From assembly GCF_030684315.1 (NCBI RefSeq), contig NC_081396.1, forward strand, positions 4,340,001 to 4,404,000: a stretch of 64,000 nucleotides of DNA, given 5' to 3'. This DNA comes from Stegostoma tigrinum. Its lineage: Eukaryota. Position 1 is the stretch's first letter. Every line of letters starts with the position of its first letter. Under the pieces are notes generated by a model that worked only from the letters and a program-made list of their open reading frames with translations, was not told the DNA's origin and made no database searches. Position numbers and translations under genes: made by a program. Shown here piece after piece: positions 35,266 to 48,543 of this stretch.

Positions 35266-38200
35266 TTTGGTTTCAGTTCTCCAGCTTGTGGACACACGGG
35301 AAAGTAAATCAATAAGCAAATGATTTTCTTGTCAGGTCATTGACATCTTAATTGTCTCTTCTCCAGCTCTACAAATGGACACATTCAAATGGCTCAATTT
35401 ACAAAATGTTTTTTTTCCTGTATGCACCTCTGACGACCTGTTCCTATTTCCACAGCACATAGTCTGAACTCAGAGTCAGGTGTCTCAGATTGCAGTTCGG
35501 AAACTCTCGAGATGGCACCGGCTGTCACAAAGTCATCATGCTGTCACGGAAATGACATTTGACGTTGTTCTCAAACAAGATAGCTGCCAGTTGGTCCCGT
35601 GGGTGATACACGTGACCTGAGACCAATGATCCTGGTGCTTTGGCATCAACCAAATGTTTCCAGTCCTACTGCCTTTGACACACTCCATCATTGGATGCAG
35701 TGGAGCCTTGTCATTCAGCCCCAGCGAACTCCCCGGGATATTACTGAAACTTCCCGCTCACCGGGTAATGTCATTCCTCCCCAAAATTCAGACGCATGAT
35801 CTGCAACCCTCTGCGCATACTCCAGGTCACTGTGGGGCTTGGATGATTGATATCAGGTCCATGCCAAGAGGAAGACCACAGAGGGAAGAGGCCGAAGGGC
35901 CAGAGGCTCTTTTGAAACCAATCGGGAGAATGAAGTGTGAAGCTGAGCCTGTGTATCGTTCATTGATTGCAATTTTGCCTCATTTGGAGACCTAATTTGC
36001 CCGACACTCCATGGTAAAATTGGATCTTTCTGTTGGTGGATTTAAAAATGTAAATATCGGTGGTGATGAAGCTAGAATTTCCACAAATATCATTGAAATG
36101 AGGGAACGCAGCGAAATAATTTACAAACAATTAGAATACTACCTAGAAGAAATAAGCACACAGATAACATTGTTACATCATTCCAACAGAAGTCAAAAAT
36201 TCAGAAGCAGAAATTGTACAAATGGTCATGTCAGCGAGCTGCAGACACAAGATCGATGAAGTGGGGATTTTCGTTCTCATTTCAAGTGCTGCGGACGAAA
36301 GAGCTTTTGCACAATTTGTTTTGCCTTAATTAGCACTGACATATTTTATCAGTGTAAACTTGCTTAAAACAATTTAAACAATTGATGCTTTGTGCGTTGT
36401 CTTTGAACAATATAAAGTGAGTGTTCATTTTTTCTTCCATCTATTTTAACTTTTGAACAGATGAGTGCAGTGACAGAATCTTCAAAAGTCAGATCTGAAG
36501 AACATGTTTTAATGGATGAGACTTGCTCATTTCAACAAAACAGGCATGAATAGATTTTTTTAAAATTAAAAAGAAAATAAACGAACTGCAATGCTACTTA
36601 TCTGTCAGAAATGATCCATTAACAAAATTCCCAGCACAGCTGAGAGACCATTCAGTGCTGTGCTGTATTTGAGACATCGTGAAATGGAACACAGTCAGTG
36701 CCAGTCGAGGAAAAATAATTGATAAAGTGAATCAGAACTAAATACTTAATAGGAATGTTTAACTTTGCATGAGTGCTGACTGTGCCGGCTACAGAATGTA
36801 TACTATGAGAAGTGAATAATATTTTATTTTCGACATCAGCTAATGGAACAAGCTGCCGTTGTATGTTGTTTGTCCATGTCAACGCCAAATGTTCGTGATC
36901 ATTGGGAAAATCAATTATCGAAAGGCCAGATAGAAACATGGAGGCCAATTATATCCAAATCATGACACCACTTCCCCGGCCACACCCCACCCAACAGTCC
37001 AACGACAAGAGAGACAATTATCATTTTGAACAAAATTAGAATGCAATGCCAAACTCACATTCAGCATGTTATTGGAAAAAGCCATCACAGATGATTAGTC
37101 CAATTTAGCTCTCTGTTCTTCTATTGTCTCTGCAACGCCTTTATGTCTGAATTCAAGTAAACGATTTTTTTCTTTTCTTTGTTCTCTGGTCGTGTTTCAT
37201 CGCTTTCGAAATTGCCATGCCATCAGTGAACAGCTAACGCCAAATTGAAATAGTTTGAAATTTCTCTCTTACCAGCTGGTGTTCATGTCAGACCGGAAAA
37301 TGTGTTAAAATTTTATAATATTGAGCGAATCGTTGTTCACTTCAGATCGCAGAGTATTTGCAACATACATTATCCATTCAACATCCTGGCTTAGAAATAG
37401 ATCATCATCCTTCATTGTTATAGAGTTTTAATCCTGGAAATCTGTCTTGGAAGGCATTGAGGGTCGAACAGCAACATTTGTCCACCAGCTGTCAAAGAAG
37501 GCAGATAGCACCATCATCCGAAGGTGCAACGAGAGACGGGCAATAGATGCTGACCCTGCCTGGTCCATCTACCTTCCAAGACTACGTTGAAAAAAAGAAA
37601 TAATCTATGTGCTCTGAGGACAGAGAATGGAGAGAAGTTGTACAGAAAACAAAATTGTGAGAGAATCATCAGGACTCTAGGGATATGTCTCATTTGGATC
37701 AGTGACGCGTGGAGAGACAGAGAAAGTGTAATTTCCACAGCAACGGGATGTTTGAGCACTAACCATCATAGAGTTTCAGAGCAATGAATTAATTTTCATA
37801 TGCATTGGAGCCACCGTTCTGAATACTGGTTTCAGAGCATTGTGATATGCTTATTTAATAGGGAAAACAGAGATAATGTGAGTGTGTAAAGCTGGCAGAA
37901 GAACAATCGTCTTATCGAATGAGAGAGCTGCAAGACCTCGATTTGCAAGTAAAGAATGATATCTGTTTTCTGATTATAGAGATAGAGAGGGAAAAATATC
38001 AAAACGTACGAATAGAGGGACAGATACAAAATAAAAACAAGACAGGGACGAAGTGAGAGAGAGAGATGAACAGCACTTAATTTATTTCCTCAATAGTAGA
38101 TGAGATTAATTTGTTCAGAAATTTTGAAACCTTCAGCAAGTTAAAGATCTGCTCTGGCAGAGACTGATGTTAATGCATCAAAAACATTCAGATTAGAAAC

Positions 38201-39889
38201 GCTTAACTTTCCAGAATTTAATAGAACAGAACAGAAGATATGGAAGAATTATATGTCCATTTCGTACGTCGAGTCGTCTCTACCATTCGATAATGGTCTA
38301 AAATGAAACATTCCAACATTTTTCATTTGCCTCAGTTATATTGCGGTCAACTACAGTGACCCGTGCAAATTGGGAAAAAAAACTCCTTTGCAAAGTATGA
38401 ACGTTTCCACTTTCAAACTACAGAATGTAAGAGCACGAAAGGAGATCACTGTACCTGTTGCACCTTCGCCAGGTCCGAATAAGAATGACTGAGCTATCTC
38501 CATCGCCCACTGAACTCATCACTTTCTAAAGTATCCCCAGTTCTCTTCCGTTTTGAACCTCCAAAGGAATCCGCCTCCCCGAAACAATCTTGACAGCATA
38601 TTCCAAATCTTAACACTCTCTCAGTTAAAAAAAACCCTCGATCTTTTGCTGACAATTTTGCAGCTATGAGCCATGATTACTCAACTACGATCCTCAGAGT
38701 TTGAGAGCAATGCATCTATCAACGTTTTTTTTCTCTATTCAGTAGTTCATTTGGACTAAAAACCGATGAACATGTGTTTTTGTGTAATGTAGCTGCTTAA
38801 AGTCCCATATCTTTTGATTGTGAAAACTCGTGGTAATTTCTATTGGAATCGCAAAGGAGGAGAAGAACGTTTTTTTTAAAAAAAGCAGAATCAGAAGCGT
38901 TCTTTTCCTTTCTCTTACTCTCTATTCCTTATATTTTTTGCATTCCTCACTTTGTCTATTTCTCTCCGTCTCTTCCTGGGTATCACATGTTCTCTAAGAA
39001 AACTGTATTAATCCTTGCAGGGATTGTTCTGCCGATTCATGTCTCACAGAATTTTGCTGCCCCTATCATCCTCACGATTTAAAATTGTTTTCTTTTATCC
39101 TGTTTTTTTTTTTCGGATATTGCTGAACGTTGAATGATTAAAGGTGTCTTTCAGGATCGGTTAACCTATTACTTTTGATGTAATTGCAGGCCAGAAATTG
39201 GCGTTTTCAAATTCCAGTGTGACCAGGACTGAAATGCACTCTTCATGAATCGATTTACTCCCAAAACAGTTATAATCCAATCAGTGACAATTTGTACATG
39301 CAGTCTGCACAACTTGTTTCATGGTGAATATTCTGCTCAAAACACTCTTGCTCATTTGTACATCTTACAGACTTAACAGTAAGAAACAATCTGATGCCAG
39401 GCATATTGAAGATAATCTGCTCCCAACTCCCTCTGTTCTCTGCCCTTCTCCTTCGGAGTTACAGTTGATTGCATGCAGTCACACAGTCCTTTGACAAGAC
39501 CAGAGGAGATCATGTCGGCAACTGTCTTCAGACAGTGCTCAGGGAATAACAATGCATTCTTTATCCAACCATGAAAAAGTTGTTGCCGTTTGCTGAAATA
39601 AACCAGAATAAGCATGCATTTCAGTTAAGATTAAGAAAACGAAGCGTTTTAGACAAGGAAGTCTTTTTTTAAAATTGCCTTACTCTTCATTTTTTCTGAA
39701 TTTTCGAGCATGCATTTCCTCCGCTTGTTCAATGATTTCATTCAAACAATTAGATTTGGGACGAAATACTTTAATATCTGTTAAGAGTAGGAGCAAAGCA
39801 TACGTCGTCAGCCGCCCTCATGCCATCACTTAGCAACATAATTGCTGATACATTCATGTTTCTAGTTCCACCAACTCATTTAATAGTAA

Positions 39890-40985
39890 TAGCTTTTCTT
39901 GTTTTTGTATCACTTAGATTTTACAAAAGACTTTTGCATGGGTTTCAGATTGAACTTGCCATTTGCGTACATAGTTAGCTTAATTGCAGAAAATGGAATT
40001 AGTGGCAGATGTTTTATTTCGGCCTCGAGGTTTGTGAATGGCAGTGTTCAACAGGGGTTGGTTTCGGGTCTTCTTTTAGTTGTCATTGATAAAAATGATT
40101 TGTTTGAGAAATATAGAAGGCACAGTAAGTAAGTTTTTGGATGACATGAAATTTGTTGTTTTTTGTGGACAGTGAAGAAGGCTTTCGAATATCACAAAGG
40201 GAGCTTGATAAAATGGATCAATGGGCTGAAAATGACAGATAGAGTTTAGTCTATATGTGTGTGAGGTATGGTGTTTCGTTGCAACAAACAAGGACATAGC
40301 TGATACAATTAATGCTCGAACAATATAGGGGACAAATCTCGGGAACCAGACACGTAATTCGTGAAAGTTTGTGTCACTTGCACAGGATCATTTAAAAAGG
40401 CATTTGGCACACTTGCCTTCATTATTTAATCCTTTGAACATAGGGTTTGAGATGTTGTACAGGACATTGGTGAGGCCCCTGCTGGAAAAAAGGTCCCCAG
40501 TTGTGGTTCACCCAGTGATAAGAGGATATTATGAAGCTGGTGAGGCTTTCGAAGAGATTGATCAGGATGTTGCCGGGTGTGGATTTTTTGTCATTATTAT
40601 TATTCACTGGAGCAGAGGAGGTTGAAAGGTGCCATAATAGAAGCTCGTAAAATAATGAGAGGCAAGGGCAGAGTCTTTGGCAGGTCTCTTTGCCAAAAGA
40701 AGTGGAATTTGGAGACTAGGCAGCATATTTTCAAAGTGAGACGGGAGATACTGAAAAAAAAAATGTCATGAAGCTTTTTTTTATCCACGAGCCTGTTTTC
40801 ATCTGGAATGAAATTCCGGCTGAAGTGGTGAATGAGGATAAAATTAGAATGCTTAAAATACATTTGGATGGGGATGTAAACAAGAAAGTTTCGAAGACAT
40901 ATGGTCCAGGAGCAGGGCGTTGGGACACGTTCAGCTTGGAATTATTTATGGCATGGATTAACTAGGCCGGAGTGTCTAATCTATG
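39890..40985 (+). mobile_element. Decayed CR1-type LINE RT/3' region
   Basis: GSVQQGLVSGLLLVVIDKNDL, SKFLDDMK, LYRTLVRPLLE and SLEQRRLKGAIIE motifs. Confidence 0.85.
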
Positions 40986-42399
40986 TGTCTCCAGAGCAAA
41001 AAAAGCATCTGCCTACCTACTTCTTTAAGCATTTAATGTTCCTTCTATTACTGTCTTCTGAATCAATGTTCCAAAGGTGAACGACTACCTAGTCTCACTG
41101 CTAAGCAATAGCTGCCAATTTGAAAACCATTATCCATATTTGTGGATTGATGAAGCAGACAAAATATGTTTTCAGTGCAAACCTTATCAAGAGCATTCTG
41201 GAATGTGCAAACTTAAATCAAGTCACTGCTCATTTGTACCAGCTTCACTCCAACCTATCTTGATCAGACACTCCACTTTGTTAAGGTCAAAATCTCTCCT
41301 GAAGCATTTATAATTACATCCTATGTTAAAGCTGAAAGCCAAGCTCCGCACAGCTTGTGTGTCATAGCATCATCAATGCCCTCTAGAATTAAAGCACATC
41401 ATTGTTAACTTTCTGTTCAACTCATCTAGCAACAAAGATTAGCATCTCATTTGCCTTCTTGCCAGCTATCTGTGCCAGAATATTGACTTTTTGTGATTCG
41501 TGCACATGAACAATTAAATTCTTCGAAAACTACGCAGTTGTTCTCCGTTTTGTAACTTCCGGGTGTTTTCAAATCTTATATTGTTGCACATTTTGCTATT
41601 GTCTGCAAACTTAACGACAATATCTTCGTTCAACTGACCAACGTCATTTATTTACGTTTTCAATATTTGATAATCCAACAAAGTCAGATTCAGCTTGTCA
41701 CATCATTCCAATTCGGAAAATAAATGCCCCCTGATGATTTGTTATATTTTCCCCCGTCATCCAATCTTGTATTCAACATCGTATCCATTCTCAACTGCCA
41801 AAGCTTTTATTTACCACGACAAACATGACAATAATCTCTGAATGTCGAAGTGCAGTAGCCTTAAGGTTTTCCTTTTTTCACGATTCATTTTGCTTCTTCA
41901 TGAAGCCCAACAAATTGGTCAAACATCATCTCCCATTGAAGAAGCCACGGTGAACCTTCCCTAGTGCTATGGATGTTGTCCATGGGCTCAGTGAGAACAA
42001 ATTGGAGAAATACAGGTGCTGGACATCTGAATCATATACATAGAATAAAGGAGAAACTTAGCATGCCTGGCTGAATTTGTGGGAAGAAAGCAGAATTAGC
42101 AATTCAAGTCTTGTGGCTCTTCAGAAAACTGAGCTTTGGGAAAGAATAAATCGGCCGGAAACTTTACCACCGCTTTCACCCAACAAATTCACGAAAGCAG
42201 TGTCAAACGTATGGTTATTGATGTTGTCAGGACATCAGATCAAGATTAATTTTCAGGAAGTGATTTCAAATTGAAGCCAGTCCAAACTGTCAACATTTTT
42301 CTTCTGGATGACCTATAGATTTTAGAGGTGCAGACTTGTTCTTTGAATGCTTTAACAGCAGCGTTGTTTGTTCTGTCTGTGTATTGGGTAATTTCCATT

Positions 42400-42960
42400 G
42401 TTAGTTCGGCATTTGTACTTTAAAAGAGTATTTAATGGTTCAAGGAATAAATTTAAAAAACATAATCAAGCATTCGACAAATATCGGAGCTGGATTGCAG
42501 CACATTTGGTAATGTGTATAATTCTGGTCTCTCTTCATTAGAAAATGCAGGAATGTAAAGCACAATATAAGAAAGATTATGCAACTGTGACTAGAATTGA
42601 GAGATAATAACTCACAGAAAGAAGTGTGTTGACTTGTGTTCCTTTCTCTACTAATGGGAAGACTAACGGTTAACTGGACTGATGTCTTTAAAATGTTTAA
42701 AAGATCTTATGTTGCGTACACAGAGGAGAACGTTGCAATTGAGGAAGATTCGAGAACTATAAATTTTAAAAATCAGTGGCACACAACAATCGAATAAGAT
42801 TTCAGTGGAAAAATTGTTTAGCCTTAGAACAGGAAAAATATGAATCTTAATGCAACAGTGGTGATTTGATTTGAAGAATAAAGTTGTGTTTTAAAGGGAA
42901 CGATGCAAACTGTGGAGTGGGACAACGATGCAGGGTTTTGCTAATAAAATTGAGGAAGAG
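42400..42960 (+). mobile_element. Very old CR1-type LINE 3' fragment
   Basis: Degenerate similarity to the other CR1 3' fragments (GGAAGACTAACGGTTAACTGGACTGATGTCTTTAAAAT). Confidence 0.45.
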
Positions 42961-43136
42961 GTAGGAAGGATGTTTGTGGTAATTTCAGACACAGGCATGA
43001 GCCAAATGATACGAACGAACTTTCACTCTTCTAACTTCCACCTACTTCAGATAACATCATGAATTTCTGAATTGACACTACTTTGCTCGAATGTTTAAAT
43101 CACTGATTTTGGCTGTGTTCACCTTGTGATCCACAG

Positions 43137-43453
43137 ATGAGTGATGGGGTTTCTCTAGCTCTGTAGGATTCCTTGTTCATACAGATCGAGCTTTATCACT
43201 GACGATGTTTATTATTTGTTCTGATACCGTCAGTACCTCGGTAGATAGCCCGAGTTCGCAGTCTGAATGTTCAAATGCTGCGGTTCTGAAACAAAATGGC
43301 TTTCACGAAAATCCGCTTTTCTGACGTAGTCCAGCACTCGGACAAGTTCTACCACTTGACAATCCCGCAGCCCCTGTTGTCTGACTCCCCAGTCTATGAC
43401 TGTTTAATGAGTCTCCCCATGATTGGACTCAGTGAAAGCCTTGTACAGTCGCC
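43137..43453 (+). pseudogene. Decayed TCR Valpha/delta-like V segment with 23-spacer RSS remnant
   Basis: Acceptor ccacag|. Reads SFITDDVYYLF*YRQYLGR*PEFAV* (TGA for the Trp of WYRQ at 43222), a frameshift, then AFTKIRFSDVVQHSDKFYHLTIPQPLLSDSPVYDC (DxAxYYC-like). Followed by CCCCATG, exactly 23 nt, ACAGTCGCC. Confidence 0.72.
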
Positions 43454-45652
43454 ACGAGAGGTTTCTGGGTCACATCTGCTGCCTGCTGATGGCGACAATA
43501 ACAGCAGGCCATCCACTGAAGATGCAGCAGATGGCCGTGAGGGAAAAGTCCCTGAAGACAATTCAGACAAAGAGCATTTAAAGTTGGATAATTCTGATTA
43601 TTGCATTTGGAACGAGGAGTGAAACGGTTGTTGTTTGTTTTGTAATCTCTCCAAACTCTCCTTTCATTTTGGTAGAGAAAACAAACTCTGCAACCTGGCC
43701 ATCACTGGCTGTATCCAGGGAACACAGATTCGTGAGGGTGAAAACATTAATTTTCGATGCGAAATTCCAGAAAGTCTCATGGACTATAGACTGCCAGGTG
43801 AAGAAATTTCGAATAATTGCAGTAACCTGATTCAACAACACTCAAAGTTAAGGATACACATGGTAAAGACTCTGAATCTATTCCATAACAAAGGAAAATG
43901 GATATGTTTCAAGTACATAATGCGATGATGATGTTCAATGATATATATGGCGATAATCTGAAAGGATTGGCAAGTGGTTTCCTCGGAAATCTTCGTCAGA
44001 AAATCGATTAAATATTCAACTCTATAGGAGTGCTTTGACAAATCTGAATTTTAAGTGCACAAAAAGCATTTGCTTTATTTAAGAGTGACCCATCTCACGT
44101 CACTGTCATGTTTCAGTCAAAATGAACGACTGGAAGACAATGCCCACAGATATTTTGGAAGCCAGTCTTTCTGAAAAGATTAAGTTATAATTTGGCATAA
44201 ATTCCCTCATCATATGTTTGAATGATGTTTGCAATGCACCGACATAAATGGAGCAAATGCAACCTTCTTCAATCAGCACCTATTAATCTCTGTTGTTGAA
44301 TGTTCGATTTTATCTCAATTCACAGCTTAACAAGAAAACGTTCAATAAGTCCTGCTTTCTGTACAGGTCACACGGCCTGTGCATGTCCCACTGTCCACTC
44401 CACTTACGTTTTTTTCCCAATGACAAAATGTTTTCTTTCGTCCAAGGTTCCTCTGGTTCCAGTAACAGGATATCTCAGCCCACAGCAATATACAACGCTG
44501 TCAGACGGCTGCAGCTCACTCATAGTGGAATTCCCCTCACTTCTGGAATTGGCCAGAAATAGCAAAAATCAAGCAACAATGTCAAAATTCTGACAACATT
44601 CCCATATTTAGTGATGAGGATTCTTAAGTTTGGAGACTTTCTGGGGTCCTGAAGGTACAATTCCAAGTAATATGTACAGTCTCTTGACAAACAAGTGAAA
44701 TAAATAGCCAGTGCATTACCTTCAAACTGTACCACAATAACTGGCTCCAGCGAAATCGAATCTGCACAATTAATGCGGACAGAAATATCGAAAGAAAATG
44801 TCATTCAAATGATGATGATACCCCCTGTTACCACGTGATTGCTTACATTGCCATTTGGAGAAAGAAAACCAAAGTGAAATTTGCAATAAGCATACTACCT
44901 AGATTTCGGCATTTGAAGACACCTTAACTTTCAAGTTAAGAGAGTTACAGCAGTGAGGAAAGAGCAAATATAAAGACCACACATGTTTGCAGAATTTATG
45001 GTTGGTTTGTAAAATAAAGCTAATTGAATTTAAATTGTTTCAGCAAAGATTCAACAATGTGTCTTATCAGGCCTCCATACCCATTGGGTTAGTGTCGGGC
45101 AGAGACACAAGGTTTCACACCATCAGCTTTTATTCTTCCTCTTCTCCAACCAATGACATCAAACTGCTGCTCAGTTGACCTGAGCGTGGGAGCTAGAGGA
45201 GATTGCTTGACCAATCAAACCGACTCGAACATGAATAAACTCGTGTTTGAAAGAATTCAGTTCAGGCAGAATCCATGTATCATTTCTGTGTTTCAAGATT
45301 CATTCATTTGTCAACAGTGGATTAAAATATACTCAAAGCCACAGCGAGAAGCATTTTCTGAGCCCAATAATGCCGAAAGGAGTTTTTTTTTGTCTTTAAC
45401 GGAGACAAGTTGGATATTTATAGTTCGGAATTAATGTCGTTGTTGGACCTCCTCCATTTGGTGCAATGCTCACTGATCATGTGCAACTCGCATGTGAATT
45501 CTTCCACAGGAATGTACTGAATTGTCAATGTGAGACCCTATAAACTGCCCTCAACAGAGTGCAGATGGGACACAGATACCTGAAATAGTTATTGTACGAG
45601 CGTTTAACTCATTCGCATCACAGTCAGACCAAATTACACAGTAATAGTCAGT

Positions 45653-46744
45653 GCCAATCATCCAACCTAAACTTTGGGTCCACGATGTGGATGACACCTT
45701 TGTCATCACTAAACAAAACAAATTAGAGGAAACCTTCAAGATCATCAATAATACCCTTTACTGGCATAACATTCACAAAAGAGGAGGAAAACAAAAATAA
45801 ACTTCCATTCCTAGATGTCACAGTCGAGCGAACAGCCAGTGGGGAACTTCAAACCAGCGTCTACACGAAAACAGCACATATGGACGAAATACTGAACTAC
45901 AGGAGCAACTATCCAACACCCACAAACGAAGCTGCATTAGAACATTATTCATACGAGCCCCGACACACTGCAGCACAGAGGAACTACGCAGAGCAGAGGA
46001 AAATCACCTATACAGTGTATTCAAAAAGAACGGATGCCCTACGAAAACAGTCAGCCGATTCCTCAGCAATAAACCCAAACAAACAGATAAAACGGGCTCA
46101 GAAACCATACCCACTCTCCCCTGCATCAAAGACATTTCCGAAATGATTGCCAGACTACACGGACCTCTGGGCATCAGGGGAGCCCACAAACCCACCAACA
46201 CACTAAAACAGCAGCTATGAACTTAAAAGACCCCATACAGACAACAAATAAAGCGAATATCATCTACAAAATACCTTGCATGAACTGTGACAAACACTAC
46301 ATTGGACAAACAGGCAAACAGCGAGCCACCAAGATACATGAACATCTCCTAGCCACAAAACGACATGATACACTATCACTCGTATCCTTACAAACATATG
46401 AGGAAGGACGCCACTTTGATTGGGACAACAAAACAATCCGAGGACAAGCCAAACAGAGACACGCACGAGAATTCCCAGAAGCATGGCATTCCACCCGGAA
46501 CTCCATCAACAAACACCTTGATTTGGAGCCAATCTACCATCCGCTGAGAAAAGGAACAGGAAATGACATCACCAACGAAAGGAAACCGAACCAGATAAAT
46601 AGAAAGTGCGACATAACTCCAGTGCTTCGTCGGAGGCTCACTGATGATGTTACCCAGAATGGTGACGAAACTTCTGAAAACTAACCTTGCAGCTCGGCGA
46701 GCAAACGGACATCCAGAACCTCAACCTGAACTACAAATCTTCTC
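45653..46744 (+). mobile_element. 5'-truncated Penelope/Poseidon-type retroelement (RT, GIY-YIG, hammerhead-like motif at 46641-46674)
   Basis: LWVHDVDDTFVI...LPFLDVTV...TSVYTK (RT YVDD region); NIIYKIPCMNCDKHYIGQTG (GIY-YIG); 10-bp TSD AATAGTCAGT at 45643-45652 and 46745-46754. Confidence 0.9.
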
Positions 46745-47513
46745 AATAGTCAGTTGTGTCAGACATCAGCATCTCCGAGATATTCAATTGGAACAATCAG
46801 TTTATCGGTTGGAGGGTATCAGAAAAGTATGCCTCAGAGAAATTTGCCTTTACTTCAGCAGAACGTCCCGAGTGCCTCCAGGCTTTAAACTCAGGCTGTC
46901 TACCTGGGCACTGACGGCGCCAGCTTAAGGAATCAGCATAATCAGAGACGGTGCACTTTCAAGTGACATCTTCTCCATCTGTCTTTGTTGTTGTTGAGAA
47001 ACAGAAGCTCCACCGCTCAATTCTGGAACACAACGTTATAGAAAAACAGCGATTAAATATTGCATTGAACTGAATTGCAGGTGGGAAGACACGGCACTAC
47101 GAAAACAAAGCGAGGATTGAAAGGAGAAAAGAAGACCATTTCGTGCACCAGGCCAATGTCTGTGAGTGTTATAACTAGCAACAACCTGTCTACATCAGCC
47201 TTTAATTTGATGAGCAAATCTCCCCATCCCTTCCTCCGATGCACATTATTCTTGGCTCATTTTAATTTGCTATTTGTTATTCACTCCAAATGGCCACGGC
47301 CATGACAACCACATTTTACTTGATCTCTTGATGAATGAAATTCTCAAAAAGCCTTCATGGATCATTCTATGGCAAACAATGTGTTCATTTAAATTTATCA
47401 ATGTGGAATCTTTCTCCGGTGGGAATGTGTTATCTTTGTCCAGAACAGAAGATATGTCACCAATGGAATGTCACCAGTCTGGTTCCTCGTTCGTCTTCTC
47501 GCCAGCTCAGAAA

Positions 47514-48543
47514 CTCAGGGGTTCATTATGACTGGCTTTATGAACAGCAGGTATGAGATGGTAAACTGTGAAAGTTATTCTGTTCTCTCAGACCAAATTC
47601 ACATGTTGATATTCATGTTGATAACAATGAATTAATTGTTCATAAATCCGTTTATAGTAAACTACAACATGTACTTCATTGAATTTCAAATGACGCTACC
47701 TCTTGCCGAAGCATATGCTGCTATTGGTGCGATTGGAGAGAGTGCAGACTTTCTTCAAACGTTAGCATGGTGACTGAACAAGTTCTAAATAGAAAGAAGG
47801 TAGCTTTGAAAAGTTGTTAGTTGATTTCTGTAGTTTGAAGAATGTGTAGATTTTAAAATGAGTTACTTGTTATGAGATCTGCAGTTGTAAATAATAAATT
47901 TAGACTAACTGTCATGTTTTTCGGCAGTTAATGTGGCTTGAACAAAGTATCATGACATTGAAGTTGTTAAAATGAAGAATTGTGTTAATGTTGAATAACA
48001 TCCGAAGTCTCCATAGATTGGTTCATTGTTGAACATCGTCAGCAGGTGAACTCCAACAGCCTACTGCTCGTTTCTGCACCAGGTTCTGACATAAGATGTG
48101 CAGCAGTGAATGGAACAAGGACTGAGTCAAGAATTAAACTCAATGTTATTCTTTGAATATTTTCCATCTTCGAGCTGGATGGTCTTAAGTGAATCAGCTC
48201 ACGTTGCCCTGGTATCAGCACCGAATATTCCCTTTAAAATATCTGTGCAATGACTTTTAACCTCCCTACGGGTGACGTAATGTGGGGAATAGACCAACAG
48301 TGCGATTATAACGGGTCACGCTCAGGGGTTTAATATGAATAGCTTTTTGAGCAGCAGATATGAAATGACAAACTGTGACAGCTATATTGCTCTGAAAAAC
48401 CAACATCACATGTTGATATTTACAACAAATTAATTATTCATTAAACCATTTATAATAAAATAATGCCGGTATTTTATTGAATTTCAAATGAGGCTGCCAC
48501 CTGTGGAAGCAGCTGCTGCGATTTAAGAGAGTGCAGACTTTCT
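47514..48543 (+). repeat. Diverged direct duplication (~47514-47754 and ~48321-48543) spanning an exon 3' end and splice donor
   Basis: Shared blocks CTCAGGGGTT, CAGCAG(G/A)TATGA, CACATGTTGATATT, ATTGAATTTCAAATGA and GAGAGTGCAGACTTTCT. Confidence 0.8.

Noticed and set aside
48040-48230. WYQH motif (+) or MHC-alpha3-like LEDGKY (-)
   Set aside because: No surrounding Ig framework residues; the CUB-like reading explains more of the stretch.
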